Below are positions 48,760-60,498 of a stretch of DNA of 64,000 nt, piece by piece; position 1 is the stretch's first letter; every line of letters begins with the position of its first letter. The translations under genes and the position numbers were made by a program. The stretch is taken from positions 83,520,686 to 83,584,685 of the forward strand of contig NC_090376.1 of assembly GCF_036365525.1 (NCBI RefSeq). The letters run 5' to 3'. Below the pieces are notes generated by a model. It had not been told where the DNA came from and searched no databases. It saw only the letters and a list, made by a program, of their open reading frames with translations. Source of the stretch: Heterodontus francisci. Its lineage: Eukaryota.

Positions 48760-51660
48760 TGGCCGGAATTTTACCTTTGTCGGCAGCTCCGTGTTCCAGG
48801 GGGCAGAAGTGCCAGTGTCACTCCCGCTCCGCGCCAAGCTGCAGCCCCAATCGAGCACTAACTAACCAATTTGCAACTCAGTGGTGTATTTTTGACAGAA
48901 AAGGGTGCACGCGGGCAGGAGGGTGAGTGTCGTGGGGGTGGAGCTGGAGCCAGAATAAGGTGCTAAAAGGACTTTCAGCAACCTCAGTGGCTCTGAGAGG
49001 CTTATCTGCAGCAAAGAGCACATTTGAAGGAGCAGCATATTAGAAGAAGGAATAGAACTGCCCGAGGGTGAAAGAAGTGCAAAAGGAATTAAAAGGGTGA
49101 CCCTTCCAGTAAATATTAATATACCCAAGACAGACCAGAAACCGCTTGCAGCAATGGCAGAGAGATGCAACCGCATGGCACCCAGGTTAGAACATACAGC
49201 ATAGAACATAGAACAGTAAAGCACAGCACAGGCCCTTCAGCCCACGATGTTGTGCCGAACAGTTAACCTACTCTAATATCAAACTAACTACCTACCCTTC
49301 ATTCTACTATCATCCATGTACCTATCCAAGAGTCGCTTAAATGCCCTTAATGTATCTGCTTCTACTACCACCACTGGCAGCGTATTCCACGCATCCACCA
49401 CTCTGTGTAAACAACCTACCTCTGACATCTCCCCGAAACCTTCCTCCAATCACCTTAAAATTATGCCCCCTGGTGATAGCCCTTTCCACCCTGGGAAAAA
49501 ATCTCTGACTATCCACTCTATCTATGCCTCTCATCATCTTGTACCCCTCTATCAAGTAACCTCTCATCCTTCTTCGCTCCAATGAGAAAAGCCCTAGCTC
49601 CCTCAATCTTTCTTCATAAGACATGCCCTCCAGTCCAGGCAGCATCCCGGTAAATCTCCTCTGCACCCTCTCTAAAGCTTCCACATCCTTCCTATAATGA
49701 GGCGACCAGAACTGAACACAATATTCCAAGTGTGGTCGAACCAGGGCCTTATAGAGCTGCAGCATAACCTCGCAGCTCTTAAACTCAATTCCCCTGTTAA
49801 TGAAAGCCAACATACCATACGCCTTCTTAACAACCCTATCAACTTGGGTGGCAACTTTGAGCGATCTATGGACATGGATCCCAAGATCCCTCCGTTCCTC
49901 CACACTACCAAGAATCCTGTCTTTAAGCCAGTATTCCGCATTCAAATTCGACCTTCCAAAATGAATCACTTCACACTTCTCTGGTTCAGGTTCTCTGAAG
50001 ATACCCTGGATATCCTCCTCCAGGTGGCTGAGGCAAGGCGGGAGGTCCTCGTCCCAGCAGACAGAAGGAGGAGGCCTCCCCAGTTCAACAAGAAGGCGTG
50101 GCTGGAGGTAGTGGAGGAGGTCAGCAGCTGTGGGGTAGTAAAGACGACATGGCTCCAGTGCCGCAAGTGGGTCAATGACCTTCTACGCTCTGCCAGGGTA
50201 AGGGGCATGTCGCAGTCATCGCAGCTTTTAACTGATACAGTAGGGTCAATGGATGCTGATGCTGCAAAGTTGAAGCCATCCATCTTCAGTAATAGGCTGC
50301 AGCCCAGCCTTGGGCCATATTCTGGGTACATTTGAGATGCACAATGGTGCAGAGGTATGCCAAGTGTGCACTTCAATGGCATTGGTTCCAGATACTGCAT
50401 GCAGCACAAGGAGTGAGTGGGTGTCTTTCGAGTCAAGGGACTGAACTAATTGCCTTGTGTTTCTACAAGAGAATAGGGCACAGAATGCCCGAGAGAGGGC
50501 CCGGACTGGTGGCAGGGTGGCCAACCTGGCATTTCTCACCAGTGTGGAGGAAGAGGCATTGATGCTTGCAGGGGAGGATGGAGGATTCTCTCTAGCTAAT
50601 GGTGAGGCTGGCGGACCTGGCCAGGAGGGTGAGTTCCTCAGAGTGTGGTCGAGGGGCAGGTGGGGGGGTGGGTGCAGGTGGCTTGGATCAAGCAATGAAG
50701 GTTGCTCGCAAGGTCAAAATCACACACATGTGGCCATTACGGCAGTCAATGACATGTCCTTCAGTCAGGAGTGCTGATCACAACTGGTCATTCTGTTTTC
50801 CCATGCAGGTGAAACACAGCAGCGGCCAGGCATCGTGTCCAGGGCTCATCTGTCCATCTCTGAGGAGGAGGAGAGGACCTTAAAGGGTGCAGCGACACAT
50901 CCTCGCACCACACCAAGCACCAGCTCAAAGACAGTCACCTCAGTTGGGCTTTTAGTCTCCTCGTGGTCACACAAATGCCGGACCAGCTGCCAAAGGCAAT
51001 ATCGGCTGAAGCCTCTGACACTTGGAGGACTGTGGGAGGCCAGGCCAATGTAGAGCCCTATGCTGACGAGGAGCCTCTATTCAGCGGGAGATGCTGCAGG
51101 TGCAGCATGCAGTGCGTGGAGATCTGGCGGAGTTACCAGAGACAATTCGTGCTCTGGCTCGGACTTTGGCGATCTCCATCCAGGCCAAGAGTAATGCACA
51201 GTCCCTGTCTTTTGTGCATGTGCCTTCCTCCATTGACCGATTGGTGGCTGGTGTGGAGGACCCGATCCTGGAGGCCCCACGAAACCTCAGAGAAAGTGAG
51301 CTCCATGGACCAGTGCCTTAGAGATCTGTCTATGAGGCTCCTGCGACATCCAGAATCTGCTCATCCCTCTGAGGTAAGCAGGGAGGCCCAATTGAGCCTC
51401 GAGGGGACACAGGAGCAGCAGCAGAATGAATATGGGGGCTCCTTTCAGGGTGCTCCTGATGCATTCAGCAGCTCCTTGTCCCCTCTGTCAGTGACATCAG
51501 CACCACATAATCCCAGGGCATCATAGGGTGGTCTTGAGACTGCTCAGGGTCCACATGGCCTCAGGCAGGCAGAGGACGCCCGACAAAGTCATCCAAAGCA
51601 GCGGGGCAGCCTGAACAGCCACTTGCCTCTGCCATGGCTGGCGGTGAGGGGTCGTCCACA
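48760..51660 (+). mobile_element. Harbinger element carrying a spliced Myb/SANT-like gene, disrupted by CR1
   Basis: TIR-like ggccggaattttacc. ATG at 49154: MAERCNRMAPRF|SEDTLDILLQ...KKAWLEVVEEVSS...TWLQCRKWVNDLLRSAR|gt. Second exon NARERARTGG...|gtgag. Confidence 0.8.
49189..49986 (-). mobile_element. CR1 LINE 3' fragment (young)
   Basis: 210-aa ORF ...LVRPHLEYCVQFWSPHYRKD..., (ttctatg)n-type tail, 6-bp TSD caggtt. Confidence 0.92.
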
Positions 51661-52508
51661 TGCGTGGGCAGAAAAGTGGTAGATGGAATTTAACGCTGAA
51701 AAAGTGTGAGGTGATACACTTTGGAAGGAGTAATGTGACATGGAAGTATTCAATGAATGGCCTGACACTGGGAAGTTCCGAGGAACAAAGGGACCTTGGC
51801 GTGTTTGTCCACAGATCCCTGAAGGCAGAAGGGCAGGTTAATAGGGTGGTGAAAAAGGCATATGGGACACTTGCCTTTATCAATCGAGGCATAGATTACA
51901 AAAGCAGGGAGGTCATGTTGGAGTTGTACAGAACTTTAGTAAGGTCACAGCTGGAGTACTGTGTGCAATTCTGGTCGCCACATTATAGGAAGGATGTGAT
52001 TACATTGGAGGGGGTGCAGAGGCTATTCACCAGGATGTTGCCCGGGATGGAACATTTAAGCTATGAAGAGAGGTTGGATAGGCTTGGGTTGTTTTCACTG
52101 GAGCAGAGAAGACTGAGGGGTGACCTGATCGAGGTGTACAAGATTATGAGGGGCATGGACAGGGTGGATAGGGAGCAGCTGTTCCCCTTAGTTGAAGGGT
52201 CAGTTACGAGGGGTCACAAGTTTAAGGTGAGGGGCGGGAGGTTTAAGGGGGATTTGAGGAAGAACATTTTTACCCAGAGGGTGGTGACAGTCTGGAATGC
52301 ACTGCCTGAGAGGGTGGTAGAGGCAGTTTGCCTCACTTCCTTTAAAAAGTACCTGGATGAGCACCTGGCACGTCATAACATTCAAGGCTATGGGCCAAGT
52401 GCTGGCAAATGGGATTAGGTAGACAGGTCAGGTGTTTTAATGCATCGGTGCAGACTCGATGGGCCAAAGGGCCTCTTCTGCACTGTATTATTCTGTGATT
52501 CTGTGATT
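51661..52508 (+). mobile_element. CR1 LINE 3' fragment (young)
   Basis: 252-aa ORF KCEVIHFGR...LEYCVQFWSPH... and an (attctgtg)n tail. Confidence 0.92.
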
Positions 52509-54195
52509 AAGAGTAGATTGATGGAGTGAATTGGCCAGATTGGATTTATTATGTTTTTTGTGGACATGAAGTACCTGGGCAATTTTCACTTTGTCGGGTA
52601 GATGCCAGTGTTGTAGTTCTACTGGAATAGCTTGGCTAGAGGTCAAAGCAGACCCCAATCCCCTGATTCAAGGCACTCAGAAAAACATTTCCAAATCCCC
52701 AAAATGCCCTCAAGCTTCCTCCAATTCCTTAAAAGTCTGAATATTGCCTGTGAAGGCATTCTGTGTCATCCACTTCCACAGGACTGAAGCAGAACAATTA
52801 GAGATGATAAAGGTTTATGCCGGACAATGAATGTATGTCAAGATACGAACACTTGTATTTAATTCAATGTCAATTAGTTTGTAAAGCTTTTCATTCCTTC
52901 AACATGAGTGTGATCTGTATTGCACAGCAAAAATATCTTTATGATGAATGGACGTTACACTGATTGAACATGATTTTTCACCTTTAACCAGTTATTGATT
53001 TATTTTTAAAAATCAAAACAACTATCCACAAGACTAGTTTTTGGGGATTAAAAATAACTTTTGGGGATTATGCTTATGACCTTAAACCACAATTTATAAC
53101 CTCAATCCAGAATCCGCCAATAAACCATAGGTACAACCAGATATTCAATGCAACACCAGTTATGCAACAAATATTTATATACTCAAACAGGAATTCTAGA
53201 ACCTGGATCAATCACCATGTTTCACAGTAAAAGTCACCCAAAATGTGAAAATTCTTTGTGCTACATAAAATCCACTGAAACATCAATGAAGAATATTCCT
53301 ATGCTATGTCTATCATTCAAAAATGCTCCAACAGCCCATAGTTCGCATTGGCTATTGTACCATTCTATGACCATATCTCAATATTGTGCTTGTGGAATAT
53401 GGTAAAACAAATACACATTGTGAAGATTCTTACCAAAGTCAATAGTGGAGGCTCTCACATGAGTATGTGCCAAACCCCATGCAAGAATGTCCTACCCTCT
53501 ACTGACCTCAGGAGTACTACCAATTAAAAAAAACTAAACTAAACATTCAGGGCTCTCTGATCAAAACCAGATGTTCTCAGTTTGCTATTGAGCATAGCCT
53601 TCTCCAAGGAGGTTTTCTTGGTATATTTGAACCTTTTTCCCCTGTCAGTTCCTTTTGTTGATGGAGATTGCGTTCAACTGCGAAATAATCTTCTTCCAGG
53701 CCTTCCTCTTGTTTTCTGGGTTAACGAAATTGAGGCCAGTTCTAAACTTTAAAGATCTTCCGTCTTCACAAACAGGGTCATCTCAGTGCCATGAGTCTGG
53801 CATCTTTCTTGTTTGTGAAATAGTTGTCATTTTCCAATCTGGCTAGTGGCAAAATTCTCACAAAGTGATGGGACCAAGTGCCTCATTTCCCAGTTTGGTG
53901 CTTAGCTGTAATTATTGAAGCTGTTTAATTTTAAGATATCTTACACTGCTGATGGTAAATTTCAATGCTATGCAGAGCATGGAGCATTGAATGGCTGAAT
54001 TATAAATGCCAGCACTTGTACCATATAGCTGTCTGCAATAAAGGCTTAAAAAAAGAGACCCAAGTAGGTGACTGTCTACTACACTTGTGCAAAAATGTCC
54101 CATGTTACACTCTTTAAAAATATTTAAGTAGTTATGGTCTGACATTCTATAAATTACTGCAATCCAACAACCAAATTACTTTTACATGTTACTAC

Positions 54196-54313
54196 CAATG
54201 TTCCCTCTCAGCTGTGCGGATGCATGGCCATGCGATCGTGCAGCAATCTAGAACAAACTGCATAGTGCAACAAACAGGCTGCGCACAACAAAGTAAAATT
54301 AAAGGGACCATTG
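54196..54313. mobile_element. 118-bp hAT (Tip100-like) MITE
   Basis: TIR caatgttccct / agggaccattg with 8-bp TSD gttactac/gttattac. Confidence 0.75.
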
Positions 54314-54379
54314 GTTATTACCAAAAATAAAAGCAAAATTAGATTACAGATGTGTCAACCTGAACACCCAAATTTTACA

Positions 54380-54584
54380 AAAGCTAAACACTGCATACGC
54401 TGGAAATCTGAAATAAAAACAGAAAATGCTGGAAATACTCAGCACGTCTGGCAGCATCCACGGAGAGAGAAACAGAGTTAACGTTTCAGTCAATGAAAGG
54501 TCATCAACCTGCAATGTTAATTTGGTTTCTCTCTCCACAGATGCTGCCAGACCTGCTGAGTATTTCCAGAATTATCTGTTTTTA
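54380..54584. mobile_element. Fold-back Penelope pLTR mini-insertion next to the NOX4 donor
   Basis: Inverted arms with TSD acccaaattttaca / acgcaaattttaca (54366-54379, 54585-54598). Confidence 0.82.
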
Positions 54585-54601
54585 ACGCAAATTTTACATA
54601 C

Positions 54602-54806
54602 CTCTTGTAAATTAGACTGAAATTTTGGGGCTTCAGTGCAGACTCTCTCAGAGTTGTTTTCCATCCCAGACTCTGGCTCAAAGTAGCCTTTTGGAAATGG
54701 CTCTGCAGGATTCTTGGATGCAGGGAAATCATCGATTAAGGTTTTATTCAGGTCAATGCAGCCAGGAGGGTGTTGATCCAAATTCGCCTGATATTTCAAC
54801 ATGCCT
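54602..54806 (-). CDS. NOX4: NADPH oxidase 4 exon (equivalent of human exon 9; extracellular E-loop)
   Basis: Acceptor tgtcttccag, then A GGC ATG TTG AAA..., translating GMLKYQANLDQHPPGCIDLNKT...EPFPKG...VCTEAPKFQSNLQE, then donor gtatgt. Resembles human GLLKYQTNLDTHPPGC...EPFPEG...ICMEEPRFQANFPQ. 205 bp, ends in phase 0. Confidence 0.93.
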
Positions 54807-55834
54807 CTGGAAGACAAGCAATAGTGCAAAGGTTTTTCCAAACTTGTAGTGTACCTTTCAAAAGTTTCTAAACTCATTAATGCCTCCTCACTTTAACTCT
54901 TGTTTTTTTTTAAAGCCACATTGAGTATTCAGGATGACCAATACTACTATATTCTGAACTAGAAATGAATGACATATATGAGCAGCTTTTTAAAAACACA
55001 CAAATCCACTTCACTCTTGTTACAAAATGCAAACAGTCTCACACTATTTATATAATTTGTACTGGGAGAAAAATGTTTGCATTGTAAAGTTTAAAGCTAC
55101 TGTGCCTCTCTTCTTACTATGAGTCATTGCCACGATTATACAAAGTCAAAGCTTTTCATTCAGTAATGTGATCAACTAAAGATATTGGCAGTTCTTACTT
55201 TTCTGTACAATAGTTTCACTATTGATATGCAATTGCCAGATACACCAAACAGGATCCACATGCCAGCCTTTAATAAGGACATGACGTCCATTCAACTAAC
55301 ATATACAGAGAAGTGACTACATTTGTCAAACATACCAATGCTTCTGGTGAAGTATTGCCCAGATGTTGTCGCCACAGACTTGTGGGAATACAAATTCCCA
55401 GTAAGACATACATTGTTACATTAAAAATACACAACATTGTTAGAGATTCTTCCAAACAAATGTCGCAGTATGTCTGCAGAGGAGTCAAAGTGGTGTCTCT
55501 TGGGGTTGTCTCAAGGAAATATGAGATTAACGTTTTTAAATTTTAAAAAAAGCAAAGCAAGTCCTGTTTACTTAGGAAGAGTAAAGATTTTTTCCCATAA
55601 AGCTTTCTTGGCTCTCATATTAAACAAATTCTCTCTGTCTGGAGAAAATAATTTCCTTCAGATGTCCATTGTTTTAAAAACCTATGTGCTTTTCAAATAA
55701 GAAACTATCGGATTTTTTTCTGTCTTCACTTTTCTTCCTCACCTTCAAGATAATTATTGCCTAATTGGAAAATGATAATATTAGTGTTGCTTTTACCTTC
55801 TGCTGCATTGACTATTATCAATGTGTGAGACTTG

Positions 55835-56690
55835 TGTTACAATCAGGTGAGAAAGGTGTCTAGGGGTCCCTTTTAGCCTTCACCTGGCCTTACTGTAACA
55901 GGGTTTTGTTTTAAACACACTGTTTTGAGCTCCCCCTTGGTGAATCCTTGTTCACCGCTTTCCAATTATAAGGCAAAGAAATGAGCACAAATAGGTTTTA
56001 TTAGGCTTAAAGAAGAAAAGTGAACTTTATTAAAACTTAAACTCTAATTCGGTTAACTTCTACGGATACATGCCACGACCCACACGAGCATGCATATGCG
56101 ATACGCACATGCAAATAGAGACAGAAAAGAGCAGAAGAAAAAGAAAGAAGTTTGATACAATCTCTGAAGAGGGGCTTTTGTAACTGTGCTTCAAGCTCAC
56201 TGTAGTCCTTGCTTGTAAGTAGATCTTGCTTTTCGTTGGGGCAGGGTATTCTTGTTAAACCTTGTTCACTGTAGGAGACTTTTCTCTCTTGGGGTTCATA
56301 TGTCTCAATGGTTTCTGAAGCTGCTGAGAGAGATGAGAGCAGACAGGACAGAGGCTGCGGAAAGCCAGCCACGAGAGGTATTTTCCAGTCCAGGAGCAAA
56401 TAGCTTTCTGCTTTCAAGCACTGTTTCTCCAATTTAAAAACTCCCCTAGTTGGCCAGCAGGTGATCACATGACTGATTGGTTTGACCAGGTCTCTTCTGG
56501 TTATTGGGGCAGGGACTGGTTCCTCTGTTCCAACACTGTCTGCTAGTACGAAAAAAAAGTCTTTCCAGCCAGGGGCTTCGCAACCCCTTGTAATAGGCCT
56601 TCTTTTCTTCCCAGTAACAATTTTAAAATTTAATGTCCATGTGGCGAAATATGTATGCCTCATTCTTGGCAGGTGGGGGCCTGCATGACA
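55835..56690 (-). mobile_element. Solo LTR of the Gmr1-like family
   Basis: Reverse complement of the LTR at 26581-27397 (tgttacaatcaggtgagaaaggtgtctagg...gggggcctgcatgaca). Flanks cttg/ctag. Confidence 0.88.
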
Positions 56691-57249
56691 CTAGTAAGTT
56701 TCCTTTCTCCAACTTAATGCTTTTTCCACTTGAAGGTATTGGCTGGGGTAAAACTCCCCTGCAACTGATTGCCCACATGGCAATTCTTCATGTCAGACCC
56801 CCAAAGGGAGTGAAGGCAAGTTATTCAGCTGTGAAGCATAACAGCCAAATCTAATTCTGTGCTCATCCAATGTCCAAACATAGCAACTTCTGGCAGAGAT
56901 TGTCGGAATCCTAATTGATTTTCCCTATGCCAATCTGCGGCACTGTGGATAATTGCAGTGCTCTGACACTGCCCTGAAAATCGAACTAGGTCCTTGCTTT
57001 ATGACTCAGATAGCGATGTTACCTTTGTTGCCAGTGAGAGAGGCCAGAAAGCAAATGACAGACTTTCCTGTTCCTTTGCTTGCATGTACTGGATCGCCTT
57101 GGTACAGAACATAGAGGAAAATCAGGTGGGGAATATCACATAGCTACAAGGAAGCCTGCATAATTTTCCATCCTTATGGGTGTGCAAACCTCCTCACCTG
57201 ATTTTACTCTATTTGACAAGATTCAACACACCCAGGCACAAGAACAATG

Positions 57250-58219
57250 TTGTGAATGCTGCTCTTTGTGATATGGTTATGTTTCAAAAACTGATCTTTA
57301 ATGCAGTGTAAAATGGGTTCGGAGGAGACATTTGACCTCACACCAAGTCTGCCCAGAGTCAAGCCACGTGTTCTGGTTACCATGAGAATCAGGAACCCTG
57401 ATCAAAGACCCTTTTGAAAGCAGAGTGTAGGGTTGATACACGTAATGGACAATGGATTTCACTCTTCCAGACTCTCACATTGTAAACAGGGAGCCAGGGG
57501 TGCTGAAAATGCAAATTCGAGTTGTAATCTTTAACAACCAGAAACAAAGGAAGGCCCAGGTGATTTTGCTATAGTTAGACATATGGACTCTGAATATAGT
57601 AAAAGCCAAACGACTATTGACTTCTGTTCTGGACAAATTCAACAGGATTCCCTCGATATGGCAGGCTGAAAGGAAGACACGAAGACGAGCAGTGGCAGCC
57701 TCAAAAGAAAGAGAGAGAGAAACAACAACTCTCAACAGATCACAGATATAGCAAAAGGCTATGAAGATTTGAAGCCAATTCAAAATTTGAGGTTTGTGGA
57801 GAAGAAAAGACCAATTGGATCAGCAGAAATTGCCTTATTAAGGGAAGTCCAGGTCAAATGTGCTTGGAAGAAGTGAGTGAGAAGGACACTGGCTTTGAAA
57901 AGGACTGGGAGAACCAATCCATCACAACTGGGAAGAGTCTGGGACTTTTAACAACAAGGATACCTTATTTTTCCTGAGAACACTGTAATGTATAAATGTG
58001 GTGTGGGGTTTTCAAGTGTGTTAATAAGTTAATGGGAAATACCTTTCTCTAATTTAGTGTATTAGCTACCTACTAAGTACTATTCAGTGAATGTTGATTT
58101 TGAGTTTAGTTGTTATAGTAAGTCTCAAAACGTGAAATCTTCTCATGTAATTCTTTAATTGTTCCGGGGAGTTCATATCTCTTGTTTTAAAGTTAACGAT
58201 CTCTACAGAGGTTGTAACA
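57250..58219 (+). mobile_element. Probable solo LTR
   Basis: Ends gaggttgtaaca; 3' part similar to 21670-21760. Confidence 0.45.
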
Positions 58220-59799
58220 AGAAACGCTGCCTCAGTCTTTGGGACTGTTGGAAGCTCCTGGATTTATTTGGAGGAATTGTACAATAGAAACTGTGTATTT
58301 TAAAGTATTGTTTGGGGGATTATGTAAGTGTTTGTGCTTGGGAAGAGGCATATCCACTCCAGCCAACTATGTCCTTTTAATCCGTGTCTTGAATGATTGA
58401 AGCATTGAATTCTTTTGCAAGTACTTTTCTAAACTCCAAACATGAACCAAATAGAATTTTCCTTTGTCAGCTATTCACATTAAAACTTATCTATACTGGC
58501 ACTGACAGCTCTGTGCAGGGGTCGCAAAATCAATCTCCATATGTCGATGTTTAAATTCTGCGATGTAATGAAACAAGTAGGCTTAGCCCAGAACACTTTG
58601 GCGTATAAAGCAGTAATGGATTCTGCCTGGTAGGTGTAGAAGTCATGCACACTGAATCAAAAAATCTGGAGCATAAAATGTTTCTTCTAAAAAAAAATGT
58701 CAACCCAGATTTTGCTGTCGCAGATCAACTAATGGCATCTGCTATTAGATGGACTTGCCCATGCATGTTTTGGTTTTTAAATTTTTTTGTGGCAATTTGG
58801 ACAGCGTGGGAAACCAAGCATCCAGGACCTGAGTGAACAGGGCAAGCAACTGTATATCTTCTTAACCTATCAGATTGTAAGACTGAGAAATAAATGAAGG
58901 AATAACAGAGAAGGAAGTGGAAATTAGAATTGTTGAATTCCATGCAAAATTAAATACAGAAAGAGAAATACAGAAGGGGAAAGAAATATGGATAATTTAC
59001 GAGACAGGAAAAAGAGACAAAAAAGGACCATGCTGAACATCATTTTGGGTATGGCGTCAGTGCATGCGCTACGGACATGCGGCGGAAGTATGCAGAGTAG
59101 ACATGCTGTGACATCGGTCAGCATGTAATGCTGATTTGATTCTAGCAGTGCCATTTCCGGCCTCTACACTCCAATTAACGCCCTCTCTTAATCTGAATAT
59201 ACATTCAGGAACAGAAATATGTCCACCTGCGCTATTTATACGGATAAAAAGCCACTTTTAGATTAGTTGCTGATAGACTTTTGCTTGCTGCTGCTGAGTT
59301 AGTAGAACTGTTTGGAGGTTTGTACTGCTACTTAAAGTTGGTGAAGTCTACAGGGAGTGGTGTGGCATGTGGTGAAGGCCTTGGTTCTCTCTTCAAGAGT
59401 TCTGCTCTCATCACTTGCTCCCTGTTGTGGGTGTTGTACTTTTGATCTCCCTTAGCCTGCAGCATGACAGAGAGAATGAGCAGAAATGACACCGAGGAGG
59501 AAAAATTGCTCGAAGATGGAGGAGGAGAAGGAGGGGAGAAGGGCACTTAGCAGGAGGCCATAACCACAAAGGGTCTTCAAGGAACAATTCTCCTTTCTCA
59601 ACCTCAGTGAGGTAGAGTGTGCGCGAGGGTTCTGTTTTACTAAGGAGGTGCTCACTGAATCTGCAACCCATTGCAAGCAGACCTGCAGCCTCAGAGCAGG
59701 GTGAGGACGGCATTACCAGTGGCTGTAAAGGTGACCATGACCATGAACCTCTTCACATCAGGCTCCTTCCAGGCTGAAACAGGCAACATCTCCAACATT

Positions 59800-59940
59800 T
59801 TGCAATGTTCTGATGAAAGGTCACAGACCTGAAACGTTAACTCTGCTTCTCTCTACACAGATGCTGCCTAACCTGCTGAGTATTTCCAGCACTTTCTGTT
59901 TTTATTTCAGATTTCCAGCATCTGCAGTATTTTGCTTTTA
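59800..59940 (+). mobile_element. Penelope pLTR mini-insertion with canonical hammerhead core
   Basis: TSD tccaacatt (59791-59799, 59941-59949). gtt CTGATGA a aggtc-aca-gacct GAAA c GTT aac at 59807-59841. Confidence 0.8.
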
Positions 59941-60498
59941 TCCAACATTATACAGTTCACCATCCACTGTTGTCTGAGGGAGGTCACTGATGCTTTGTAT
60001 GCAGAGAAGAAAATATATTGCATTCTTTCTTTCCAGACAGAAGTAGGCAGAGGAATAATGCAGCTTTGCTAGGATTGCAGGCTTTCCCATGGTGCAGGAT
60101 GCTATTGACTGCTCACATGCCCCTTTTTTGGGCGCTGCATGTAAATACAGAGAGATACCATAACCACAATGGGTTCCACTCCTCTCATGGGCAATTAGAG
60201 AAGGGAAGCAAATGCTGGCCTTGCCAGTGATGCCCACATCCCATGTAAGAATTAAAAAAAATGTCCAGCTCATGTGCAACCATACACAGCGCATCATAAA
60301 GGTGAATGTCTAGTATCCTGGCAGCAGTCATTATTCTGCAGCAGTCCACTGTACCGTAAGCATTTGAGCCACCATGAGAAACCAGAGGGTGGCTACTGGG
60401 TGACAAGGGCTGTCTGCTGACCAACTGGCTCATGTATCCAGTCTGCAACCCAAGCACGCATAGGCATCATGCATATAACAAGCTCCATGCTGCCGCAT

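Noticed and set aside
56037-56663. 208-aa ORF
   Set aside because: Lies within a solo LTR, has no recognisable domain, and is not maintained at this length in the sister LTR.
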